64,000 nt of DNA from Lama guanicoe (Eukaryota), in contig MU054212.1 in NCBI GenBank assembly GCA_013239625.1, forward strand, positions 3,348,001 through 3,412,000, in the 5' to 3' direction. Below are positions 1 to 13,306 of this stretch, one piece after another (within the stretch, counting starts at the first letter, position 1; every line of letters starts with the position of its first letter). The translations under genes were made by a program, and so were the position numbers. Below the pieces are notes generated by a model, which was not told the origin of the DNA, ran no database searches, and saw nothing but the letters and a program-made list of their open reading frames with translations.

Positions 1-467
1 TGGTGAGGTTTTGCATACACTTAGGAATGGACCTTCGATTTGGCTAAAGCGAGCCGAAGAGGGAAGATTTCTCAAGGTCTCTTTCAACTGCTACCACCGG
101 CATTCCCACTAAAACTGTGGACCTTTTTGGACTTTTATGCCTTAAAAAAACAACAGTGACTCTGAGACTTGCTTAGTTTTACCGTTTGTTAAAGAAAAGT
201 GCCCAGCTGGGGCTGCACACCCACCAACTGGAGCCCACGGGCTCTGATGACAGGAAACAGCAGGCCCTCGCTCGCTGCCCGAAGAATGTTGGCTGGGTTC
301 CTGGTATTGGGGATCCTTTTTCACTGTTTTGCTGTTGTTTTAATCATATTATAAAACCGTGGGCTGTCCAAAACCTTAGAGATGACATAATTCATGGGAG
401 AAAATGTGTCCTAGAGTTATGTAGGAAATGTGTCAGTTTAAAATGGCAAGAGATCTGATGGGGGGCG

Positions 468-825
468 CTAGTTAGAGCTGCCTTAACTAAGTAACGCCAG
501 CTGGGTGACTTAAACAGCAGATACTCGTGGTCTCACAATTCTGGAGGCTAGCAGCCCAAGATCCAGGTGTCAGCAAGGCTCATTTTTTTCTAAGGCTGCC
601 CTCCTTGGCCGACTTCTCCCTGGGTCTTCACATTGTCTTCCCTCTATACCTGTCATGTCTTAGTCTTCTCTTCAAAGAGCCACCAGTCATATGGGATTTA
701 AGGCTCACCCTAGTGACCTCATTTTAAGTTAGTTACCTCTTTAAGGACCTTATCTACAAACCCTGGGGATCAGACTTCAACACAGGAATTTTGGGGGTGA
801 GTGGGTAATACTATTCAGCCTGTAA
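468..825 (-). mobile_element. MaLR (MLT1-like) solo LTR
   Basis: 'gctgccttaactaagtaacgccagctgggtgacttaaacagcag...ctcacaattctggaggctag...aagatccaggtgtcagcaagg' resembles the reverse complement of the MLT1 LTR 3' end (recalled consensus). Confidence 0.75.
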
Positions 826-1414
826 TAAGGGGTAAGTAAGAAATCTGAAAACTAAAAGGAAAGCTATTAAGAACTGTATTTATGTAGCTTGAACCTCACT
901 GAGCCCCACTCAGCCTTGAACTTCACAACTTCCATGCAATCTGGACTTGCAGAATCCTGTAGTCTACCTGCTTTGAATGACACTATTCAACATCCCAGCT
1001 TTCTTGTCCTAGTTTAAATACAGTTTGCAGTTGAGACCTACTTTTTTCCATCATGCCCGGATGGAACAGTGGTTTCAAGGAAGGTGACTTCAGTGGTGAT
1101 GGAATTATATTATCATGTGGTGTTTAGATCAGGAATGAAAAGATCAGAATCATGCTCAGTGGAAAAGGAGTAGAAGAGGCAGGGTAACTGTAACCATTTC
1201 ATTAGAAGGACAGGTTATTATAATGATTTTAATTATTTAGTTATTTAATCAGTGATTTGAAATTTACTGATTACAAGGCTTGTTCCTGTCTGGTTTCAGG
1301 ACATGTTTCTCTCCACTTACTAAATCAGAATGTTGCCCATATAACAGTTCACTGTCTTGATGCAAGATTTGATCACTGTTATTATTTGCCAACTCTCAAA
1401 ATATTAGCTAGCCA

Positions 1415-1885
1415 TGGTGGGTACTTTCTGTTTGCCCCTCCACATCCAAAAGTCACCTCCCCATCCTGCCCTGTGTTGGAGGGCAGACCTGTATGTACTG
1501 CATTTTCAGGTCCCCTTATCTCCTGGTTTCCGACTGGATTCTGCCCACGGGATGCTGGCACAGGTCAGAGAATAAGAGGAGAGAGAGAGAAGAGCCTTAT
1601 ATCCTTGGCTTCATCCTTTCCAGGTTGTCTAGAGGGCGCTTAAATATTCTTCCAAAGGTCACAACCCAACCCTCCATCCTCTGGCCCCTAGGACCACTTC
1701 CTTTCTTCTCCTTTCTAAGCCTAAAGGTACTAATTCCTATCTCGTTCCATCCCTTCCATTAGCTGTGTGATTCTATGTTCTTCCTGGGTGATTTTCTTAG
1801 AAGAGTTGCACTTCTTTGCAAATCATCCAGTTATTAAACTTTCCTCTGTGTACCCCGTTAGAATGCCATCCTACCTGAATTACTG
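1415..1885 (+). mobile_element. ERVL LTR (LTR33-like), degenerate
   Basis: Starts 'tggtgggtactttctgtttgcccctccacatcc' and ends 'attaaactttcctct...tacccc...tgccatct'. Both resemble LTR33-family termini. Confidence 0.55.
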
Positions 1886-1972
1886 TGAATAAACGTATCT
1901 CCAGTTCAGCTGCATTACTGAGCAGATAAGAAGGCAGAGTCCCACCAGATGAATTGGTTCAGTCATTGATTT

Positions 1973-2033
1973 CTCACATTAAACATCTTTGTTGGGCATC
2001 TCCCACGCTCCTCACATTAAACATCTTTGTTGG
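1973..2033. repeat. Perfect 23-bp direct repeat with 15-bp spacer
   Basis: ctcacattaaacatctttgttgg at 1973-1995 and 2011-2033. Confidence 0.9.
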
Positions 2034-2034
2034 T

Positions 2035-2660
2035 GTGGGGGATATGACACCTGGGGTCCCAAGGAGTTGAACATCTGTTGGAGGAGGGCAGAGGGAGACA
2101 GCCGTGTTAGTAAGAAATGGCAGAGAAGAAGACTAGAGGGTTGTCTAACTTTGGGCTAGTGGTCAGGGAGTATCAAGGAAAGTTCTACTAGAAGTGGCAA
2201 GTCAGTTCATCTTTGAAGACTGGGATGGGGAACAAAAAGGAGGAATGGGGGAAGGGGGACGTTTTTGTCACAGGAAAACGTATGTGAGGAGGTCCTGGGG
2301 TGAGAGAGAGAGAGAGAGAGAGCCTGGGGTGTTTGCAGAGCAGAAAGCAGCTCAGCGTGTCTAGAGCCCGTGCCGCAGTGGAGTGAGAATTATGAGGCTG
2401 CAAATGTTTGCAGGGGTCTTGTGTGTGCTTCTGAGGAATCTGAACATTATTCCAAAAGCAATGGGGAGAATGAGATTACAAGCAAGGGAATAAGACCTCA
2501 GAAAGCTCACACTGGCAGAGTGTGGAAAATGCTCAAGGCTGGAGGCAGAGAAGCAAGGGAGGGGGCTGTTGAATTAATCTAGACAAGAGATGCCAGTGGC
2601 CTGAACAAACGCCTTCGCAGTCGGAACGGGGGAAGCGGAGACAATGGAGGGATGTAATCT
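2035..2660 (-). mobile_element. L2 LINE fragment containing a short (GA)n
   Basis: Purine-rich antisense L2-type text (e.g. 'ggcagagaagcaagggagggggctgttgaattaatctagacaagagatgccagtggcctgaac'); (GA)n at ~2302-2322. Confidence 0.55.
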
Positions 2661-5600
2661 ACAGGAAACCTGCCAGCGGCAGCCCAGGTGCTACCGCGTC
2701 AGACTGAACTTCAGAACACGCATAGCTCTGCGGATCAACAAAAAGCTGAAGTGTAAACTTGTCCTAACCTTTCCAGAATTTCAGTCACTCTTGTTCCTAT
2801 TGCTGAAATAGCCACAGTTAGAGCGCTCATGGGAGACGGACCTTGTAGTTTTTATAGAGATTTGAATGGGGCGTGTCAATTAGTTGGCCCCAAATAAGTA
2901 TTTGCTGGGTGACTTAATCATCTGCCCTTTAAAACTAATATACCTTGAGTGACAACAGACTTCTATTATATGCTATGCTTTGCAGTTTTACTTTACCATG
3001 CTGGTCTTCAGCAAGAATGAAATCACATAGCTTAATATAAAAAATGAATAATTTACAACAGCACCTTGTGGTTGGTCTGGGATTCCAGTCATGATTTTAA
3101 AAGGTCTTCACAGAGCGTAACACAAATGAAAAATTCTTGCAAATGCTATCTTTACGATCCTTCACAAATAAATATGTTTTCCTTTATCTATTTTTAGATA
3201 GTCTAGTATGCACTGAACTATGCGTATGATTTTACATTATGTTTTTAGTCAGTCATAGTAGTGCTTGCTACAAAAAATATGTTATCTTTTTTTTTCAGGA
3301 CATAAGGATATTATTCGCTAAATTTCCAAGTTTTTGCACTGATTATCACCTCGGTGACTTGAAAAAAGTTGGCCTAGTTCCACAAACATCCAAAAGGAGT
3401 TACTAGAAACATGAAAGATCATTGAAGATATTTTAACAGAATATTTAGAGAAATAAAAATTTTAAAGATGTTTGAGGTATGGCAGCAGTAAAGATTTTTA
3501 AAAACCACTTAAATTTGACTAGGGCCCAAAATTTATTTTGATAAAGCAAATCTACCTTATTAAGTTACTAATCTTCTTCAAATCCCAAAGAGAATAGATG
3601 ATCCACTGAGAACTTATAGATGAGATTAAGACACATAGGGTATACATGAGGAAGAACAACATTAGTCTGAAAAATATATATCCATCCATCATACTTTATA
3701 TACTGAACATGTAAAGTCAGACTGCGCCTTTCAGAACAACATTGTTTGAAGTGGCCATTATAGCTGTACTAGTCCTGAGCTTGCATCCCCAAATTTGATT
3801 TTCTTTAATGCATCTAGAGTTGATAAGAGAGTGTGCTTGTAAAAACTCAAGTGTAACTGTATTTATTTTCAACAAGAAATACTGCTGCCCAGATAGAGTA
3901 AGACCGAAAGCGAGGAAGGTATCCAAGGTAATTCATGTTATGATCAGGAGGCTGTTTAGTAACTGTTGAAAGAAGCAAAGCAGTTCATTTACATGCTAGC
4001 TCTGCCCATGGCTAGTGCAAGCATCATGCTGGGAGAGCTGATTCGGCCAAAAGACATCCGTCTGACCAATACCCTCGTGCACGGGCTCGTGTTGATCACT
4101 ATGCCCTCTTTCCTGGGCCATTATGAAAAACTGGGTTACAAATTTTTAGATTATCTCTTTTCCCCTCCCCTCATTTGTCATCACTATAATTTCCTCCTGA
4201 ATTCTAGGCACGTGGCCTTCTTCTATTGACTCATCTTTTTTTTCTAGATGGATTAATATCATTGATTAAGCTCCAACAACCTCTTTTACAAATGAATCCT
4301 AGTCAGGAGTGATAGATACACTTAAGGATACTGGATACGTTGTTGCCAGAGTCTTCTCAGCTACGTATTCACAACCTATTCCCGTGGTCCAGGGGCATCT
4401 TACTATTGCCTTCTGAGTTCTGGCTCTGATATTATGTTTAGTTTAGCTGAAGAGTAAATTATTCAGTCCACAGTGAGAGCTGAATTTCCAACAGTGATTT
4501 CTTTCAATGCATTTTAAAAATTTCCGGCAAGAGTCTCTCCCAAGGTAATGCTATTTGACCTCAGGGAGCCCAACCATCATTTACACTAAAGACACAGCAT
4601 CTCAGAAAGGACAGATGTCTAAGTGCCCTCCTAGCAAAACGGCATCTGAAGGGGGCCTTTTCCCCATTTGGGTCTGGCACATGCTATATTTTGCCCCATC
4701 TTTCTGCATATGCGAAAGTTTTCCTTATTTAGGAAAGCAGCACGGTCTAATGGAAAGAGTGAAATCAGTTAAATCTTCAGCTTTGCACTTTAAAATTAGA
4801 ACTTCGCTGACCATCCTAGAGAGAGCTGTTACAGAAATTAACACAGCACAGAGTAGGCATCTGAGAACTACCTAAAAGAGTTAATCAGTTACCTATTGCC
4901 TTGAAAGTCTACTTGTCTTGAATTCTTTGGCTATTACTAGAGCTCAGGCATAGACCATAAAACACCCTTACATCTTAAAAGAAGTGGCATATGTTTCTCT
5001 GAATGGTGTGTAAAAAATCGCACACCCATCTGAAAAATATAGGCGTGTATGGCTTTTTCCCTTAAGAAGCTAAATTCTTTTATGCTATTAATATTAAATG
5101 GAAATTAAATTAAATGGCCACTCTAAGGAAAAACTTATTTCTCCTATTTTTCTCATAGGCTTCCTCAGTGCAATTAAGCTCTTCGTTTTGGGGAGAGAAA
5201 GAAAAAGTTTTTAAGGGTAAGAGGATAAATAAAAATAAAATACAAAACACCTACTTCAGTATTTTACATATTGCCCCAAATGATTCATCTCTATGTCAAA
5301 TACTTAAAGCTCCTTTATACAGTCCCCAGATAGGGTCTTAGAAAATTGATCACTCTCTCTTGTCTCTCTGTGTCTCTCTGTCTCTCTTTAACTTCAAAGC
5401 AGGATTGCAGGATTTTAAAACAAGTCATAGGAGTGCCATGTACCATAAGCGGATGAAACAGGGGAGGGTGGGAGACAGACAAAGGGTTTTTCTTTATGAA
5501 ACAATGGAAGTGAAATTCGAGGAAAGCCAGAAAGTAGAATAAATAACATTAACCAAGCTTTGCCATCTCTCTCTCTCTTTTTTTATTTTTCATGGCAATC

Positions 5601-8600
5601 AATTTATCGACATAAGTCTGCTGACTGACAAAGGCAGGCATGTGTATAAAGTGCCACAGCAAATGCCTCAGGATTTTGATAATCCATTGAATTGTATTGA
5701 TCATTCTTCAGCCTTAGATCTTTTCCCCCTGACTATATAAGCTGAAATATTTTAAAGTATTTATCTTCCAATTTACCCTATGCAATTCTTCCATATTAGA
5801 GTTCTGTTTTGGAAGAAAATATTTTATAGTCTAGAAAAAAAAAACCCAATTGTCACTGTGAGGTATTTTCCACTCTAAATAAACTTACTTATCTTATATA
5901 TTTTTATAATTATTAAATAGAATAAATAATTGCAAAATTCTGTTAAAATTAGTGTTCCAGTTTTATAGTCTAATCTATAATTGTATTTAGATATTTAAGG
6001 CTTAATTTTCATACATGTATGTATTGGTTTTGGTTTTTTTGGTATTTATCTGCTGTATCTACCAAATAGTAATTTTCTGATGCAAAAGGAACAAATTAAA
6101 ATTAGAAATCTTTGTGTTTCCTCCATTTTCCAATCTAAACAGTAAAAGAGCGATTCATTCAGATATGCAAAAAGGAGAAGCCACAGCTCAGGTGTAGACT
6201 GTCTGTAGCAGTGTGGACTTGGTCAATTATAAAGAAGAAGATACTCCAGAAGAGAAGTAGTAAGTTCATCTTTCCATCAAAATGACTATGAAATCATAGT
6301 AATTATCAAAAAAGACACATGAATACCATATCCCAACATTTCCCTTTTTGCCTTCACTTTAGCTGCTGAGAGGACAAACACACAGAATGACGTGTATTTC
6401 CCATAAGCGACTTAGCATGTACTTAGTCGTGAAGTTATGTGATGGATGAAACAAAAGGAACTATTCATCCACAAGTAAGTTCCAGAAAAATCCAAATCTG
6501 TTGAAAAGGATGTTACTTCTAACCCAAGCTGAAGGACTTGAGTAATAAAATCAGAAACTAAACATGGACTTAAACTGCTTTAGTCATTAAGCCAGAGAAA
6601 TTTTAACCAAGCAGGGAGAAAAAAATCAAAATATCAAAATGATCAGCAGATTGAAAGAAATTGTGGAACTATTAGCTTTTCAGCACAGTTTCTGTTCTCA
6701 CTTCATACCACTTCCTGGAAATAGGCAATTGCCTTTCTTAAGTTTTGGACATGTTCTAGGAGTCCAGGCTGTCCTTTGCTGGGCATTTTTTCCTGTGCAC
6801 TGCTAGTGATGATTACATTTCAAAAGAAGCCATGGGCATCCAAGGAGCTATGGGCATAACTTCCTACTTTCCCCTCCAGGAACGTTCACTGCCAGTCAAG
6901 GGAGAGACACAGAAAGTCAGAGGCCTGGTTTGAGAATGTTTGCCTGGGATTTCTACATGTCTGTGTTGTGGACAGATGTCTTCCTGAAATACGAGGAAAT
7001 CCAGAACCTCCCAAAGGCAGATTTCCAACAGAACAATGGATTCCCCTACAGAACTAGTGGACTGAACTAGACCTGATTAAATTTGCCTACGACGGCCACA
7101 AGGTGAGGAGGAAGACAGAGGCACCTGCTCCTTTGAGATCTCCGAGTGACAGGTCTCTGGACCACAAAGTGTAATAGTGAATGTTCTTGGGATGAGACTA
7201 GGCATAAAATCAGAGCAATCTTGGAAACCCTCTGGCTTAACTTCCTCATTTTATAGCAAAGGAAACTTAATCCAGGTTACATGTCTTCTTACATGGTGTG
7301 TGTACAATCTACAACTCATGATTATCTTTCCAAGAATATTCGTTTGTGCTGCCACTTTGATAGAAAACTTCATTGAAAGCACCATATTTTTTTTCTGCTG
7401 AATCCTATACCACATTATTGCACTGCGTAAGCATCCTGATGGTGATTTTCTTCATTAGGAAAGCTGCAGATGTTGTTAATTCATTATTCACCTAAAGTTC
7501 AGAGTACGTCTTTAAGAAGGAGGAATTTATTTCTTGAAGTGATATTGATTTTTCTATTAAAATATGTGCATTATCTGATGGACAATTTATTTCTTCAGGA
7601 TAAAAGATAATCTCTCAGCTCGATGTCATTGGATTATTCTCTCATATGAACCTGGGACGAAACCTGGTTTTATCAACAATAAAATTAAACCCATAACCTG
7701 AATCTACCACGAAATGACTATTAAAAAGATGACATCTTTCTCATCTCTGGGGGTAAACAAGCTGTCACTAACGGCTCCTATACGCTGTTGAAAGCCTCTT
7801 TCAGAAATTCATTTATAATGAAGATTAGTTGTTTTCCCAATTTAATTAGAGAAACATTTAAACACCCATTAACCACTATCGAATAGTAAGTGTTGCAAAA
7901 ATATGAATAACATTTTTAGCGATTAGGTGTTAGCTCTTTGACTGACAAACAATGAAGAAGATGTGCCTTTTCTAGAGAATTTCCAGTACCTAAGACCTCC
8001 CTTACTAGCCAGTTCCCTCCTAAAGAAAGAAAATGCAGAATCATCTCTCTTCTGCAAGACTATCTTTGTGGAAGGAAACACATCTTTGTAAATAGATGTT
8101 AGGGGTTATGTATGACAGTAGACTGATGTCTTTATATTTTCTTCCATACCAACAGGATCTGATTCTTCCAGATTTTTACACTAATTCACACTCCACTTTT
8201 ATTTACAGAATTTATGCCCATTAACAATAGTACAAATATAACCTGATCTGAAATTTCTCCTTCATGTAACTGAAATTTTCTTGTCACAGAATGGTGGAAG
8301 AAGTTTAGCACTCTCATCTGGATCTCCTCCTACCCAGAGGACATATTTGCAAAAACATCTAAAACCCAAAGGACAATCCATCAAAGAGAAATAAAATTTT
8401 GGCAATGCAGTGCACTTTTGGGTCAATGGCAAAAGTTTCACTGCATTACCTATGGGGGAAAAAACCCCACAGTTACAGTTTCAGAAAAATAAATAAAAAT
8501 TAAACGTGACTGTGCTTTGTTGGGATCCTGTTTCAGAAAATAAGATTCTAGAATTATCTAATCTTTGAATTCAAGAACCGGAACCAGGTTGAAATGTCAG

Positions 8601-9999
8601 CACCATCACCATGTTGATATTGTCAGGACTTCAATACCCAATTGGCCAGCAAAAACTTAGAGAAATGGACAGGAGAGTCTAACCAGAAGGGAAGTGGGTG
8701 GATGGCTTTTTGGAATCTTGTTGAAGCTGTACCAATTATCCTGCCAGTGGCACGCCTGCCAGCTCTGCTTCTAGAAACAGCCAGTGTGGCCAAGCATGAA
8801 GCTGTCCATCAAGAAAAGGCTAATTATTTAATTAAGAGGAGAAGTGTTACATGACTGCACCATTAACTTGATGACAGTGGAGTAAAACCCCAAGCCAGCT
8901 GCTTTTGCGTCTGATGGCTGTGTTTGATTTCCGTACGCTTGTTCACCGCCATGCTTAGCGCTATTGGGCAGCTCTGGTCTAGAAGATAAAACCCTTTAAT
9001 ACTCTATTTAGAACTACAGGAGACGAAGCTTGATCAATACTTTTTATGAATCTGTAAACTATTACAGCACAGCCTGTTCCCACAGACTTTCCCCTGGTGA
9101 CACGGCTATATTATTTTGGGGCCAGAGGCTCAAGCAATATTGAAATCCTGCTTGAATTCATCTTCTACAGACCATAAAAGTGACAAGATCCCCAAAGATT
9201 TACATTTTTTATGCTATAGATTAATCAATCTTGCAGGTGGAAAGGGAAGGATTTTGGTGTGCGCGCTACAGACTCTCTTTTCAGCCCGAGGAGAGTGTGA
9301 AAAATTAATTTTCTTTTTTTCCAGAAAAAGTGGTTAGCGAGGGTGACTTGTCTAAATCAAAGAAAACGCAGTTAGAAGTTTCCTTTCACCACCTGCTTTT
9401 TGATAGATTCTGACAGTGATTCAACAGCGTCATAAAGAAAAGCTTCTGGAATGCATAAGCTAATGGAAAATAATTCTTTGGCAACAAAAAATAGCAACTG
9501 ATTTGTGGTCGTTGCTGTTAAACTCAAACTCAGATACTGATGAAGAGATGGATCTGTTCAGAATTGTTACCAGTTGCAGTGTTTATGGCTGGAGGATGCG
9601 AAGTGCGCGGATTTACGCTGGGGACTTTTATCCACCAAACTATCACATCATCTGTCAGAACAGCCATGCCAAAACGGGCTTCTTTTGTTTTTAAGAAAAA
9701 GCTGTCGAATTTTTCCATATTCACTCTCTAAAAATGGAATTGTTTTTTTTTTTCCCCCAAGAGTCTTATCAATTATTTATGCACAGTAGCAACTAAATCA
9801 TTTTAGTTTTGCCTCAGACAGTTCTTTAGTATAAAAGTGACACGGACAATCTCAAAATGTCATTGAGTATTTTGCAGACTAAGGATAGCTTCTAGAAGCG
9901 TTAACTCACCTGTCCCACCAATTTAAAGAAGCTAAGATTTGCCTACAGAGAGGAGGGATAATACAATTATAAACTAAAATTCAAATTTTTTGAGAGCTT

Positions 10000-10600
10000 T
10001 AGTTCCTAAAACTCTTAGAAGCATGATTTGTCAATAGCTATCAAAGTGGAAAATACACAGTCTTTGACACATGTATTTTCATGTGTCATGACATCTAGAA
10101 ATTTATTTTACAGATATACAAGTAGGTTCACTTTCACACATGTGAAAAGACGTGTCTTTAAGGTTATTTCCAGAAGAATCTTTGTTATAGCAAATGATGG
10201 AAAACCATCCAAACACCCATCTTTAGCAAACTCCTTAAATGCATTATTTTCTAACTATCTGTTGGATTACTATGAGCTGATGCGTTGACATACTGAATAT
10301 GGAAAGATAATCAGCATACTGTTAGGTAGAAAAGACTTGATAGAGAATGATGTATCTATAAGTCTACATATATAATATATAAATATTTATTTTTATCATT
10401 TTTGTACAAACAGGAGGGAGGTAAAATATTTACATCTGCATAATCTCTGAAAGAATATTTTTGAAACTGTGAGACCAATAACTGGTCCTCTGTGAAGAGT
10501 GAGGTAGAAAATGGGTATCTTGTCTCTGTCTATGAAGACAGAAATGGGAGGAGACATTTTTCTGTGCTCCCATTTAAATTTTTTCTATTTACATTTAAAC
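10000..10600 (+). mobile_element. Old L1 (L1M-type) 3' fragment
   Basis: Degenerate L1 3' motifs such as 'tttgttatagcaaatgatggaaaaccatccaaacacccatc'. Confidence 0.5.
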
Positions 10601-10729
10601 CATGTAAATAGATTGAAGTATTGAATAAATAACTTTTGGTAAAAAAAAATAAAGAATATACATACATCAGCCTCCAAGGGGACCAGGATTTGTTGGATAA
10701 GTTAGATCCTTGAAAATTCTGGTCCCTCG

Positions 10730-11121
10730 TGTGGAACATGCTATCCTCTTAGCTGAGAGCCACCAACTTCCAGCCGCCAGCATCTGCCTGCCTCACCGCT
10801 CAGCCACATCATGCGGCAGCCAGAAGGGCCAGAGGACTAATGCTCCCACCATGTCTGGAGCGGCCCTGGACCACGCACTGCAGAGGGTCACCGAATCAAT
10901 ATCCCAACAACTGTGAGGATGGATTCCACACTGGAATCCAGCTCTTTTGCTCCAGGTGGTGACTTGTTTAATAATACATCCTGTATTGTCTGCCCTCCTT
11001 TTTCTCTCTCACTTCTTCACTCCTTTCCCACTTTCCTGAGATCACCTCCTAAATATAAACTCTAAAAGACACTCTGATCCTCATTGCCAGGTTTGCGTCT
11101 GGAGGAATCCAAACTAAGACA
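10730..11121 (+). mobile_element. ERVL 5' LTR (LTR16-like)
   Basis: TG start; ends 'tctggaggaatccaaactaagaca', typical of LTR16/ERVL 3' termini; directly followed by ERVL internal sequence. Confidence 0.65.
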
Positions 11122-12220
11122 ATGGCTACTAGAAGCTGGAAAGTCAAGGGACAACTTCTGATGCGTCATAGCATCATCATTACTGGGGCTTCAGCTGTGG
11201 AATGAGTCACAGGTTCAAAGGGAGGGACTGGCTTATGAAACAGCTCTGGCATTCTGAGTGCCAGAGGGGCAGTGATCATTACAGACTGTGGCATTAGTTG
11301 ATCATTGCTAAGTTTAAGCGAGTACTGAGGGAAGCTTCCGGTTCACCCAACTATCATCCCAAAGCATGGAGAGACCCAGAGGGTCTTCATGGCAGTGTTC
11401 AAAGGAATCCTCAGCTCCTCTAATTGGAGGGTAGCTTTGCTCAAAAATCAGGCCATGCTAAGCATAGTACAGGAGGCTCAGTGCATGGCCTTCCACCATA
11501 AATATCAGAACTCTGGAAAGGAATGATGGAAACCTCGAGACCTGGCATGGAGACATTTAGAGGATACGCTTGAGGACCTTGAACTCCAGATCCCCCTGAA
11601 CTCCCTGGGCTGGGATAAGTGGCACAGTCCCCGTGCTGGAAAACAGCAGCCTCCCTTTGTCTGACGACCATGCAAAGACCCACCTTGGGCAGATGACTCC
11701 CAAGATGATACGAATCTTCCTCAAGATCTCCTCCCACCTCCCCTCTCTGCTTCTGGACTAATAACTGAGGCCACAACACAGCATAGCCTCCTTTGGGAGA
11801 AAAGGCGTTATTTACTGAAAGAGCCACAGCATCTGCTAAAATGCACCAAGATGAAGCAGGAGAACATGCCCGGGAAGGGATCTTGAAGATGCTGGACGTG
11901 GTGAGGGGTAGAACGTAAGGCAGGACAAGGGGGGGGTTTATTGCCATGGGGGTGCTCTCCCAGGATGGAGGATTTAGCATCCCGGTGAGAATATCTGTAC
12001 AGCTCGGGAAAGACAAGGGCGAACAATAAATAAACTGGAGATGCCAGAACTGCCTTGGCAAAGTTTTGAGGGAGGGATCAAAACGCACAGAGAACTGATC
12101 ACGCTGGAACAAATACCACAGAAGATCAGAGACCCCTTCAGTGAGCCTATACATACTGGGAGGAACCAGGGGACACTCCTTTCTCTAAAGCAGGAAAGAT
12201 TTCAACTAGTCCTCTGTAAG

Positions 12221-12330
12221 GAGGGCTGCCAGGTAAAATACAGGAGGCAATAATTGGGACACACTTTTGCCAAGAACTTATTCACTGTTTATCTGAAATT
12301 CAAATTTCACTGGGCATCCGTTGTGTGTGT

Positions 12331-12384
<54 letters not shown>

Positions 12385-12401
12385 GCTAAATCTGACAGCT
12401 C
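12221..12401. mobile_element. MER53-like hAT MITE nested in ERVL
   Basis: 'agggctgccaggtaaaatacagga...ttgggacacact...tgtttatctgaaattcaaatttcactgggcatcc...tttgctaaatctgacagct' matches recalled MER53 with degenerate TIRs. Confidence 0.7.
12331..12383. repeat. (TTG)n microsatellite, ~17 units
   Basis: Directly visible. It produces the poly-Leu in ORF 12325..12519. Confidence 0.95.
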
Positions 12402-12694
12402 GTTCCATCAGCCAGTGTTGATGATGGAAAACCAAGGAAATAGGCTCCCTCATGTCACCGGAGGTGGAAGGATTTCAGGACAGCAGAAGCCACGTGGTTG
12501 CACTTCATCAGCAAGGTAAGGAGAATGGAATTCTGAAAAGGGCCCCAGGGCTGGAATGAAAGCCAGTGTCTGAACAGCAGGGATCTGTAGCAATGGCTAA
12601 CAGACCACGGTATTCGAGGGGCAAAATACATGGTAGCCAAAAAGAGTGCTGTTTGACCAATGTAACCAAGAAGGATTAAGAGTAAGTGATTTCA

Positions 12695-13306
12695 AGTGGC
12701 ATTATTTTATTCTTTTTTATGGCCAGTGCTATACCATTGTATAAATTATCACGACTTCTTCCATCGACAGTCCATCTATTGAGGGACATTTAGGTTGTTT
12801 CCATGTCGTGGCTATTGTATATAGTGCTGCTATGAACATTGGGGTGCAAGTGTATTTTCAAATTAGTGTTCCCTCTGGATATATGCCCAGAGTGGGGGCT
12901 GTCATTCTATGTGAAGTAAGCCAGAAAGAGAAAGAAAAGTACCAAATGATATCATATATATATGGACTCTAAAAAAAAAAAAGACACAAATGAACTTATT
13001 TACAAAACAGAAACAGACTCACAGTCATAGAAAAGAAACTTATGGTTACCAGCGGGGCAAGGGGATGGGGAGGGATTAAATTGGGAGTTTGAGATTTGCA
13101 GATTCAAACTACTGTATATAAAACAGATAAACAACAAGGTCCTACTGTATATCACGGGGAGCTATATCCAATATCTTCTAGTAACCTATAATGAGAAAGA
13201 ATATGAAAAGGAATATATGTATATATATGTGTGACTGAAACGTTATGCTGTACATTTGCTACAACATTGTAAACAGACTATCCTTCAAGTAAAGAAATGG
13301 GAAAAA
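12695..13306 (+). mobile_element. 5'-truncated L1 with 5' inversion (twin priming)
   Basis: ~12695-12898 is antisense L1 ORF2 3' sequence. ~12899-13306 is the sense ORF2 end, 3'UTR and A-rich tail. TSD agtaagtgatttca (12681-12694) / agtgagtgatttca (13307-13320). Confidence 0.85.

Noticed and set aside
11441..12154. 237-aa minus-strand ORF
   Set aside because: Antisense to decayed ERVL gag, with no recognisable domain.
12325..12519. Signal-peptide-like poly-Leu ORF
   Set aside because: Produced by the (TTG)n microsatellite inside MER53.
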